From Acanthaster planci (taxonomy: Eukaryota): a stretch of 47,773 nt of DNA. Position numbers and translations under genes: made by a program. Shown one piece after another: positions 37,740 through 47,773 of this stretch (position 1 is the first letter of the stretch; the number at the start of each line of letters is the position of its first letter). Under the pieces are notes generated by a model. It did not search any database. It was not told where the DNA came from and saw only the letters and a program-made list of their open reading frames with translations. The stretch covers positions 2,400,114 to 2,447,886 of the forward strand of contig NW_019091357.1 of NCBI RefSeq assembly GCF_001949145.1, written 5' to 3'.

Positions 37740-39790
37740 GTGCTACCTGTCCATGTAATATGTAGGGGTACTAAAGTACACTAAAGAAAGACATACACAC
37801 AAACGTAAGGTAGAACGGCTCGTTAATTAATTGTGAAACTTTGCAAGGTGGTGAATTTCTGGAAGCGGCAGAAATAAGGCAGGATGAACGACTCTTACTA
37901 GGCATGCGGGATAAGGACCTAGTTACAGCACTAGAGGCCCTTCAGATGTCGATTCAAATGTGTCTCACGTTCCAGGACAACTTCGTGATCTGTTTTCTGC
38001 TGCCATGATCATCAAGATGGCTCTGGATGATGTCCCGTTAACTTCAACTTGGCCTCCACTCTCTTCCAACCTGTCACTTGAAAAAGCAAGAGAGCCAACC
38101 CCAGTTCACTTATTCAATTTTTTAACTTGGAGTTCAGGTGTCAGCTGTGAGCCCACAGAAACATCACGTGTCGATGTGCCTGCGGACCAGGAGCGGCGAG
38201 TGCTGTCCACTGCACAGGACTCCCAGTATTTGAAGGCAAAAGAAAGAGCAGCATTGTCAATGCACACATCTCTTGCAACGGCTGTGAGACATTTCACCGG
38301 GTCAGCAAGGCTAGTTGGTCTGATGAATGGTCTAGGCCATCGTGTTTCCAATTCAATGGTCCTTGAACACGACACTGCTCTTGCCAGGCGTCAACTAGCT
38401 TTGGGGAAATTCTCTCCTTCCTGCTGGGACGATGCCAGTCTTCTCCACTCTTGTCTGGGACAACAGTGATGTTGATGAAGAGACCTTCTCTGGGAAAGGA
38501 CCGACAACTCACAACACCATTGGTATTATAATCCAACGCTCAACCAGCTGTCAACAAGCCCCACAAGCAGTGGCACTACCAAAGTCTCGGGAAGGGTCAT
38601 TTCAACCCCCTCCCACAGATATCAAACCATATTTGGGGAGCAAGAAGGAGGTGCATTACGTTGACGTTCACGATCAGTATCGGAAGTTTGACTTGGCCTA
38701 TGCTTTGATGAAATTGGCTGGTGTTTCTGATCAAATTTTTTCCAAGTTGGTCTGGCTTCAACACCTTGATGCAGAGAGTTGTCCTTCCGTTATCAACTGT
38801 AGGCGACCTTCCAATTTTTGGTGCCAACCCTATAGAATATGATACAGTAAATACTATCATGGGAAGGAGTGTGGAGGTGACAAGATGCCTAGGCCAAGAG
38901 AAAGTGGTTGTGGTGTTTGACCTGGGGCCAATTTCGTGAAATGTAAGACGTGTCTTAAGAAGGGTAACTTGTGTTATCTTACAACTCGTCTTAGGATCAA
39001 TTTCACTAAACTTGAGGACACGTCCAATAAGTCCTAACTTCTTCAGGAACTCTTCCTAACTTAAGATTGGTCTGAAGGTCATCTTATCTCGTTAATGCAT
39101 GCGGTGTTAGAGGAAGTGAAAGAGGAGTATTGTGCTAGAGCCGTAAATGTAACAGTTTTGTGAGGTGAAAACTAGCTGCAGAAACTACTTGAAAAGTATT
39201 ATCATTTACAATTAGGCAGCTTTAATTAAAGCAAAATGCTAAAATAATAACAGTACAGGAAAACCTATTCATCATTTTAAAATGGAATTATCAAAATGAT
39301 TGGAAGCATACACGAGTCGACTGTTCTGCAGCTTTGATCGATTACTGCAAAGAGGGGCTTCAGGGGGACAAAGATGTGTTCTCCACCATAAAAAAGCAAA
39401 AAACAAACCTTCAAGGCGATAAACAAGACAACAAGAACCAGATGGGTAAAGAGGTGATATTAAAGGCGGACCGAAACCTCTTCCAGCGACTTCTGAACAT
39501 TGCCAGGGTTTGCAAGTGAGACATTCCAAATACATCGTATGCTAACATTCAACTGGGGTCCATTTCTACTGTCTTTGGCAAATTTCAACGGTGGTCGCAA
39601 CAAAAGAACAGAAGTCATGCCTGCTGCATTTCATGGAGACAAAACGTGACTCCACTAGAGGATAGCATCCCGAATGGCAGTGTGTGGATTGTGGATGGGA
39701 GGGCAATGCTACAGCAACTGCCCCCCACAAGTGTTCCAGTAAACGTTGGGTGCACTTGCTGATTACTTGTTGCAAAAGCTGGTCAATGTG
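37740..39790 (+). mobile_element. Decayed DNA-transposon transposase (Academ-like), frameshifted and interrupted
   Basis: Successive frames give AAEIRQDERLLLGMRDKDLV, WPP...LFNFLTW, AVRHFTGSARLVGLMNGLGH, VWDNSDVDEETFSGKGPTTH, PSWSGFN...VVVVFDL, KEVILKADRNLFQRLL and WIVDGRAMLQQL. I recall this motif order from invertebrate Academ transposases; the superfamily call needs an HMM check. Confidence 0.7.
38925..39100 (+). mobile_element. Truncated PIF/Harbinger-like terminal fragment inserted into the transposase relic
   Basis: Coding similarity stops abruptly after ...GTGTTTGACCTG and is followed by GGGCCAATTTCGTGAAA and a gtcttaag/taagac-rich subterminal-like sequence. No matching right end was found. 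Confidence 0.45.
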
Positions 39791-40946
39791 GCCAAGAGTG
39801 TACAAAGGGAGTGAAGGATTTGAACAAGTTAGCAGACTCGGGTATGTCCGTCCCATTCTGAGTGAACAGCTTTCTTGAAAACGTTTATTTGTCAGAACAA
39901 TCTCGCACTTGTTTTCCGACCCTTTTATTTACCGTAAGAGATGAGACCATTTTGTGATGTTTTAAAGGTGCATAAATCCAGTGAGAATTTTGTGCATTGA
40001 AGTAGAGTAAAAGTACAGATAAACGATAGAAATGTATACAATCGGCGCATGCTGACTGTCCTCCCAGGATACCAAGTTGGGCCAGATTGTATACCTGTAT
40101 TGTACAATAGAGGGGTTACATTTTATGTCGTCTCTCAACCACCTGTTCATGTTTATTTTATTGGAATGAGTCCTGACATTGCCAATAAACACAATATCAA
40201 TTGTGGATTTGAATTTAATCTGGGCCATCATTTTGAGGTTTTTTTGGATTTTGATTATTGGAATTCTGAAAATTAATATGTTCAGTTAGCTCGAGATCTC
40301 TCGCCGGGAAGTGGCAAGGAACACTGGGAATTTGGGCAAATGACAAACTCATCAGCTACATGTACGTGAAATAGGGAACATATGAACTTCTTGTTCAAGG
40401 GTGACGTCTATCCCGTTAAAGAATAAGCAGGGAAGGTGCAGGGCAACAAGTCATTCAGCTGTGAGAGCAGTCATCTCTGTACGGATGTCCAATAGTGTTC
40501 CTTTGCCATTAGTTTGTTTTTGAGCGCATTTCAATTTCCCATAGGTTTCGTGCACACCTCTCTCTAAATGACCAAATGAGGGCCCCATTTTCAATTGTTA
40601 AATTCTAATTACTTTTTACTCATTGTGCAAGTTTTAGCACTGGCGCAATTGAGGGTCTTGTTTATCTAATTAGGACTGTAATTCTGGAAATCCCCAGGTA
40701 GCTTCTTTGGGGGCTGGGGGAGGTCACAAAACTAAAAAACCAAATGCACGTGTCAGGTTCATCCCATGGGTTACAGAGAGGGGGAGACATGAGTGTCTCC
40801 ATTGTTGGACACAAGATGGATCAGTGAACTTTGACAGTGAGCACACAATAGCTGCATGCTGTAACTGTACACATGATGAGCGGCCATTTTGTGTCCAAAG
40901 GCCGACGTCGGCGCTACTCTCTCTACATACATTATCTTTTCTGTAG

Positions 40947-41408
40947 GGAGCTGATACTTTCCAGGCCCAATTGAACATCGAGGTCCAGTGGGCAACTGAG
41001 CTGACGATCGCAGCCGTCGAACGCAACGGGGGCGTCATCAGCCTTGGATTCTACGACCTCCAAAGCCTGGATGCCCTGGCGCACTCGTTACACTTCTTCA
41101 ACCAAGGCAAGCCCATTCCCAAACGGGCACTGCCGCCGAAGGACATTGTGCCTTTCTACACCAGCGCTGAGAACCGCGGGTACTTGGCGGACCCGGACAA
41201 CATCCGTCGGGAGCGGGCCGCGCTGGCCGAAAAGTTTGGCTACGCGCTGCCGGACTTGTCCTCTGACCCCAGGCGGGGAATGCTGGGAATGAGAAAGGAT
41301 CCCCGGCAGATATTCTTTGGCCTGCAGCCGGGATGGATCGTCAATTTGACCGATAGGACTGTGCTGAAACCCATCGACGAGAAACTTGTTGAATATTACC
41401 AGTCGTAG
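40947..41408 (+). CDS. MRPL15: MRPL15 exon 4 (last)
   Basis: ttttctgtag|GADTFQAQLNIEVQWATELTIAAVERNGG...NRGYLADP...RKDPRQIFFGLQPGWIVNL...YYQS*. Joined CDS is 891 nt, giving 296 aa. Confidence 0.96.
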   Translation, partial: GADTFQAQLNIEVQWATELTIAAVERNGGVISLGFYDLQSLDALAHSLHFFNQGKPIPKRALPPKDIVPFYTSAENRGYLADPDNIRRERAALAEKFGYALPDLSSDPRRGMLGMRKDPRQIFFGLQPGWIVNLTDRTVLKPIDEKLVEYYQS

Positions 41409-42860
41409 AAACTAACACTTGTTAACACAACACTGTTGATATCTGCCATCACATGTAAAAACCAAAAACAATATCAGTATCTCTCCAAAATCAGAGAAAT
41501 GTTAACAAATTTTGTCCAATAACTGGAGACAATTTCGTCACAGAACGAAACAGCCTGTGAACTTGTTAGAATCACAGTATAGTACACGCAGGCATTGATA
41601 TACCGCTGACTTTTTCAAAAATCTCTCTCAAACTATCTGTGGGTTCCCAAGTGGCAAACATTACGGAGGAGTGCTTTGGTATCAACAATAATTAAAGAAC
41701 TTTCCACACGTTTATGAAAAGCAACAATGTCAATTTACTGCTTTATTGAATAAATTGCATCGATTTCTCAATGAGAAGCACTTGTGTAATGTTATTTCTT
41801 GTCCTAATCGAGCACACGTGTAGAACTCGGCATCATGCTAGAAACTTAAACCTTCATGATAATGATGCATATTAAACTGTGACGGAATAAATGTGAAATT
41901 GTGCATTTAATATTACAAACTAATTGCATAGTCCCCATTTATTGATGTTATCCACTGTTTTTGTCATATTGTTCATTATTTTTTAAAGAGCCCTTAGATT
42001 TTTTAATGAGTGCAAATTGGTGGACTGTGGAAGCCTGTGGTAGGAGCACCCATACCTGATTTACGTACCAAGTGTGGACATTCCTTTGTTCTCCTGTGGT
42101 TAAGGAAACTTGAGGAAAATGCTCCTTTTTCTCCGACTAGGATAATTCCTTCAAGCTGGATTTTTGACGATGATTTCCTGGACTGTTCCTCTTTATTTTG
42201 CCCCGATAACCTGGGCCCCAAAATGCCTCTGAAACTGTTTTTCAGAGAGGGGAGACCATTGTGTGGACGTGTGCGAGTCCACACATTGCCATCGCATCCT
42301 ACATTATGTGGACTTCTTTTGTGCAGAGGTCCACACTATGTATGACACGCCTGCACACCAGCACGATTGCACTCCTTAAAAATCATGAACCGATGAATAC
42401 CTAACCTTGCCTACTTCAGCATCTCTGCCTTGATAACAAAAAGCCAAGTGAAGTGGCACCCTATTCATCAGTGTCCAATTCTGTCTTTATGCCAAGCATG
42501 CTGCACAAGTCAGGCACATTTTCTGACATCTCTCGAAAACCCCTATTCCGAGAGGAGTTATTTGTGATGGGTTCTGTTTTGGAACTCATGTTCAATTTTC
42601 AGGATTAAAGCTTTCACAAGAACATGTCGCTTCATGACGTGAACAAAAATATTTCACAAATTCAGCCAATTTTTTTTCACTGCATCTGCACAAAAATAAC
42701 CTTTTTAAGGTTGTCAATAAGTACACCCCTACATGTTTACATTTTCAGCCGTACAGCTATTTGGATTTATGCCACAGACGCTTTTGATTTAGAGACAAAA
42801 TTTACAATACCATTATTAAATCATGAGTGGTTTTCCTGATAGCACAACTTTCTGCTCAAT

Positions 42861-43210
42861 AAGCCTTTTGAGGGTTAACTTTTGAAAGAAATCTGGTACA
42901 CTGAGTTCTTTAAATTCACATGAATGTAACGATTTGAATTCAAAGACACTGTTGCTAGACCTCGTGATTCAGGGTAAGCTTTTGCTTAGATACATAAGAG
43001 ACGCCTTGCACCAGTACATTGTTCTCAGTGGATAAGAAGGGCACAAAGGAACCAGTCCATTCCAAAGATGGTGGTCGCTATGCAAAAGCTTGCCCCAAAT
43101 CTCGAGGTATAGCAACAGTGTCTTTAGTCTGGGGAGTTCAAATCGTTATGTTCTGTGCAGTCAGATAACTCGTGTACCAGATTTTTATTCAAATTCAACA
43201 CGTAAACCTT
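42861..43210. mobile_element. Fold-back MITE-like element, copy 2 (downstream of the PITHD1 stop)
   Basis: Inverted arms 42942-42964 and 43103-43125 match at 22/23. Outer arms are aaatctggtacac and gtgtaccagattt. Homologous to 1781-2150. Confidence 0.8.
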
Positions 43211-43646
43211 ATTGTACTGTGCAGTGTCCACAATTCAAGCAATCCATCCTGAGAAATTCTGGAATATACATTACAAACAATTTATATGTTAAGAATCTCC
43301 ACTTTTTAATTCTCGATCCATTCCTTTTCATTACCCTACCTATGACACAGTGGAAGAGTCCATTAGTGTTAACCACTTGACACTCCACAAAAATCATCAT
43401 ACAAGAGATTCTAGTTTTGCCCAGCGGGTATCTCATAACCCCACACTTTAAAAGGGAACAACTTTTTACAGCTGTGGTCAGTGGTAGAAGTCATGGTTGT
43501 AGAATCATTTTTGATTTTGCGGTGGCAATGTGACACAAGATACAACAATCAAAACGAAGCTGTAGGCTTGTGCGATGTCGCGGAGGATCATCCCAAAGCT
43601 CTCTGAGATGGTCCAGGCTGAACGGTGAGACTTCCCACGCTGGAGG

Positions 43647-43748
43647 TTAACTGATCTGCTGTTGGACGTTATCGTGGAGTGACGTCTTGTGATCTTTGGG
43701 GTTCGCGTACGCCTCATATTGGACCACCATAATCTCTTGTCGGTGAGC
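43647..43748 (-). CDS. PITHD1: PITHD1 exon 6 (last)
   Basis: ttgacag|AHRQEIMVVQYEAYANPKDHKTSLHDNVQQQIS*. YE..ANP.DH motif present. Joined CDS is 627 nt, giving 208 aa. Confidence 0.93.
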   Translation of the reverse strand, partial: AHRQEIMVVQYEAYANPKDHKTSLHDNVQQQIS

Positions 43749-44283
43749 CTGTCAAGTACAGAAAAAAGCTGTTACACTCGACTATCACTGGGTACATTTT
43801 TTTTTTCTCCAAAGGAGTTCCTGAAGTTGGGGTGTTCCAAACACCAACTCATTTCTAAATGTTGATGAACTGACAAAGACATCAACCTGCCGGGTTCCCC
43901 ACCCTCAACTTTTCAAGCGCAAACTCAATTTCACAGCGGAAGTCCTCACAAGTTCTAACATTTGCTGACCCACACTGTCCACCCCCCCTTAATATTTGAG
44001 AGGCAACAAACAGCCATGCACGTGCAATCAAAAACCCTTTATAACAAGGTCGTTGGGACTTCAACAATTACCTTGGTATAACAGGGACCTGGTGTTGTAA
44101 GTATTGGAAAACAAAGTATACAAAGACTTGGGGGCCGTAACCACGGGACCTAAACCTTATCGGTATTGGAATATCACCTGGCATAAAAAGGTGCATTCCC
44201 TACAAGTGAATTCTGTAAACACCATCACCGAAAACTGTGAGTCCTAGAACGAGTTCTCTCTCAGGAAGTCATTTTAAGCTCAC

Positions 44284-44392
44284 CTCAGTGAATTCACCTC
44301 GCAGACCGATGTAATACACGATCGTTTTCTCGGCCCCGAAATTCTTGGAGAAGTGGATGGAGAGATGGTTGACGTTCGAAAACCGTGCGATC
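44284..44392 (-). CDS. PITHD1: PITHD1 exon 5
   Basis: ctcgttag|(K)[36 protein letters not shown]|gtgagc. 109 nt, with the PITH-domain YIGLRGE motif. Confidence 0.95.
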
Positions 44393-44619
44393 CTAACGAG
44401 GGAAAATAAAGACAGGAGTAAATGTGGCAGTTAAAACGTGGTCTCCTCTCCACAATCCTGCGACATCTGCCCAAACCTCCCGACGGATTTTAAAGGAATT
44501 GACAGGACTGTGGTTAATAATGAGGACTCTCTGAGACTGGACAGTAGTACTGAAGTTCACCCCTGTGCGAGGAAATTTTAGTGCACAAGTGCTTTGGGCT
44601 CGGGACACACCTCTCTTAC

Positions 44620-44724
44620 TTTGTATTGTACTCTAGAATTCCTGATGTGTCGTGCTGCATCTCAAAGACTTGGTCCGGGTCACTCCTCGTGTCGTCAAAC
44701 GTCATGTTGGTTTGGTTCTTGTAT
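44620..44724 (-). CDS. PITHD1: PITHD1 exon 4
   Basis: ttgcag|(L)YKNQTNMTFDDTRSDPDQVFEMQHDTSGILEYNT(K)|gtaaga. 105 nt. Confidence 0.94.
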
Positions 44725-44844
44725 CTGCAAGTACAAGTAGTCGCACTGACTTTTGTTAAAGTCCAAAGTTACGGCATTCTTAGAAATGTTCATGAAAAAT
44801 CAGTGGAAGCATAAATCTCCCTCTCTCCCAGATCCCAGACTTAC

Positions 44845-44922
44845 AATCTCATTTCTGCTGGATGGCTGTCGTCATTTCCTCCAATCACAATTATGCCTTT
44901 GAGTTTCACGTTGCCAGTGAAC
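44845..44922 (-). CDS. PITHD1: PITHD1 exon 3
   Basis: ttgttag|(P)FTGNVKLKGIIVIGGNDDSHPAEMR(L)|gtaagt. 78 nt. Confidence 0.94.
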
Positions 44923-45649
44923 CTAACAAACAGGCAAAGGATCAGAAATACGATAATCACAAGTCACCGTTGATGTTACTATCTCCACGTACATTTCTGA
45001 CGAGAGCATGTGGATATCTTCCAATGCCATGACAACCCCCTACAGTCCCTCACACTTTCCTCTAGCGACCCTGATCTATCAAAACCATTCCAGATCAATT
45101 ATAATCCATTCTCTGCACTTACTGAGATTTTGGATAGATTCAGGACTGAACGGTTGAGCCAATATTAAACCTCACTCGTGGACTTTGGGCTCGTTCCAAA
45201 TGTAGAGCTATCTGTGGTTTAGGCTCACAGCACAGTGTTTGAATCATTCATTATTTTCTGCTGTTTTGGACTTTTTTTCATTCACAGCTGGATTTTAATG
45301 GTTCTGTGAGAGTGGTTTCATTTCAACAGTAATATGCTCCTCTTCCTGCTTCCTCTGTTCCCCTTCCTCGTTTCTATATATCATCTTCATATACTTTACT
45401 TCTACTTTTTCTCTTTCTCTATATCATTTTTCTAATAGTAATAAACTTTATGAACTACCTTAATGTATTATTGTACGTGGACAAGTCTTTCTTTTTGGTT
45501 GACTTTGTTAATGTATTTATTATCTGTGTATAACTTGTAAACTTTATACACTGCAAAGTATTTTATTTGCCTGTGGAAGTGGAATTTCTGTGTTACAATA
45601 CTAGTCAATGATCTTGAACCTTGAATTCGGGATGGGGGGGCACACTCAC

Positions 45650-45693
45650 GGGATATTGAAGAGCAGTTCCTCCTCATCGTCACTCTCCACATA
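45650..45693 (-). CDS. PITHD1: PITHD1 exon 2
   Basis: tttcag|YVESDDEEELLFNI(P)|gtgagt. 44 nt. Confidence 0.93.
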
Positions 45694-46183
45694 CTGAAAG
45701 AGAAACAGTTCACAGGGGTATTAGAAATCCCAATTGTTGACAGTCACAAATGCTAGCAAGCTACGAAAAGGTGCCTTTCATTTCAGAGGAATTTCACTGA
45801 AGTTTAGGAGAGGAGTCCCATCCCATGCAGAGTTCCGCATCTGGCCACCACAGTTTTAGAGTCACCATAAACATCAAGAAAGTTTAAAAGTATTACTAAT
45901 TAGTTTGTTATACAAAACTAACAATTTCAGCTTCAACAAATACCAAAGCTAAATGGACTTGTCTTCACTGCAATGAAAAAAGAGGAATTTGTTACGGATT
46001 AGGGAACTCGGGGCCTATCAATCATAATTCAGGTTATCATGTGTGTGTTTGACGCTGATCGCGAGTATTTTGTGGCCGATCATAGACGTCTTGCCGTAAA
46101 GCTTAACCACATGGCTACTTGGATTAGTGTAGGCATCCAGCGGCACAACACCTGCACGTAACCGAGGCGTTCGTGCACGGTAC

Positions 46184-46372
46184 CTTGTCTATATCGAGTC
46201 GCTGATCCCACGCCTTGAAAACAAGCTTCCCCGATCCGTCCGTCACCTCGTTCAGGCACTCCACTCTGTCTGTGTCGATCTTGGCGTATAGAGAGAACTC
46301 TGTCCCACGATCTGGCGGGTCGTGATCATGTCCCCCTGAGCACCCTCCGTGACTGTGCCCGTGCCCTGACAT
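46184..46372 (-). CDS. PITHD1: PITH domain-containing protein 1, exon 1
   Basis: MSGHGHSHGGCSGGHDHDPPDRGTEFSLYAKIDTDRVECLNEVTDGSGKLVFKAWDQRLDIDK|gtaccg. Confidence 0.94.
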
Positions 46373-46712
46373 TTCTACGACAAATTATGTTACAATTTAC
46401 AAACAAGTTCAACTGGAACTTGGCCCCTTGTGTTATTACAACCTATGACATTGGAGACTGGTGCAATGGGAACCAGACGTTTCAATAAATTATGAAAAGT
46501 GGAACGACTGAGGGCGCTATATTATTCAAGGCTCGGCGCTAGCTAGAGGGCGCTACGGGCGATCGAAAAGCCAGACACTCGCGGCATATCGAAAACCGAC
46601 TCGACTTCGGACAGACGCACTGCAGACAACACGTGGGTGCGGTGGCACACGTGCACGTTGAGGTACGTTACGGTAGTATACTGAGCGCATGTGGTGGTAC
46701 TATACTGTGGGC

Positions 46713-46770
46713 CTACCCCTAGAACTGTGGGGCTCGGAGCGGACGCCGGACCCCACAGTTCTGGGGGTAG
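46713..46770. repeat. Near-perfect 58-nt hairpin upstream of PITHD1
   Basis: Arms CTACCCCTAGAACTGTGGGG (46713-46732) and CCCCACAGTTCTGGGGGTAG (46751-46770) match at 19/20. The single mismatch would be a G-U pair in + strand RNA. Confidence 0.8.
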
Positions 46771-47606
46771 AGCGCATGGTGGTCGCTTTAATCCTTTTTT
46801 TTTTCGCGACTTTGTAGGCAACACGTATTCTACAATTAGTACTTCTATTATTCCACAATTATACTTTACAGGAATAAAATTCACAGGCCTAGTCCTTGAG
46901 ACCATGGAGAAAGGAAAAGACCATGCATGAGACTATTTCCTTCTAAAACTTACGAGGAGTAGGACTAGGATCAACACTAGGCACGCCTACACTCACTGGC
47001 TGCAGTACATGTACATCATGGCCTAGATTAATTGCAAGATTTTCTACAGCATAATAATCACACACGATAATAAAACTTTTAATAAATACATAAATATGAT
47101 TGAATGATACTACAACACACTTTAGAAAGGATGCTGTAGGGGGTACCCAATGAAAGCAATGCTTGTAGATTTGGGCCCAACAGGGTTTGGCCTATTTCTG
47201 TGAAATGACACAAGTAACTTTTGTAAGCCTATATGCCCACTTGAAGTTTGCACACATCTTGCAAGTTGTTTATCCCTCTCAAGCAAAGTCATTGGGTGTG
47301 ATGATGTGGTCATGTGCAGCTGTAATACTAGGCTATCCCATATAAGCCCAACAAGGTCAAAAATAAATCTTTCTAAGAGCTAGCCCAACTTCACTTTGGC
47401 ATGCTGTGCATATTTGAATTTTGGACTGATATTCGACGCGACTGCATCAGGATGATTTAGATCAGTCAATAATAGTCTGAGCGACTTAGACTCTACGAAT
47501 TGCCTTTTATTTTCAAATTGCCTTTTAATTTAAAGATTCGGATATGGTCCGGCGAAACATGGCAATGTACACACACTGTATACCCATCAGAGTCGGTGTG
47601 AAGTTG

Positions 47607-47690
47607 CCAACTTGGTCTGGAATCAACTTGCTCCGAGTCAACTCCATCTCAGGTCAACTCGGTCCCAAGACAACTTGGTCTCGTCAACTT
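47607..47690 (+). repeat. Degenerate ~15-bp tandem of CAACTYGGTC units, probably a transposon terminal array
   Basis: Six CAACT-cored units at about 47608, 47624, 47639, 47656, 47671 and 47685, resembling the sub-repeats of the 35715-36848 TIRs. Confidence 0.5.
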
Positions 47691-47773
47691 TCAAAGGCAG
47701 GCACTTGGTTGCAGCATGAATGAAAATACTGACATGTGCATGAGATGCCTGGCCTTGTAATTTAGGAAGGCCA

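Noticed and set aside
46319..46372. His/Gly-rich N-terminus of PITHD1 as a novel metal-binding tag
   Set aside because: A similar MSHGHSHG-type N-terminus is a known conserved feature of PITHD1 orthologues.

Overview
This is animal genomic DNA with spliceosomal introns, not a prokaryotic window. It is probably a marine invertebrate; frequent poly-C/poly-G tracts and TAGGCCTA words suggest an echinoderm, but that is inference. I assembled four genes from exon translations and GT-AG boundaries, several of whose exons the ORF track misses. (1) The last three coding exons of the AP-2 transcription factor TFAP2 (+; 3618-3736, 18021-18162, 19733-20060), with a 14.3-kb intron and a probable ~4.3-kb 3'UTR. 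(2) UTP23 (-; 3 coding exons, 252 aa). (3) MRPL15 (+; 4 exons, 296 aa), head-to-head with UTP23. (4) PITHD1 (-; 6 exons, 208 aa), tail-to-tail with MRPL15. MRPL15 intron 3 holds a nest of DNA-transposon relics: a 1.1-kb TIR element, a frameshifted Academ-like transposase and a Harbinger-like end inserted into it. A two-copy fold-back MITE, several small palindromic elements and a 668-N assembly gap are also present. I found no convincing novel protein-coding system. The best leads are regulatory and architectural: GGCCTA clusters at both housekeeping promoters, AP-2 sites inside the AP-2 intron, CTCF-like sites, abutting convergent polyA signals and ancient synteny. Most short ORFs in the supplied track are spurious.
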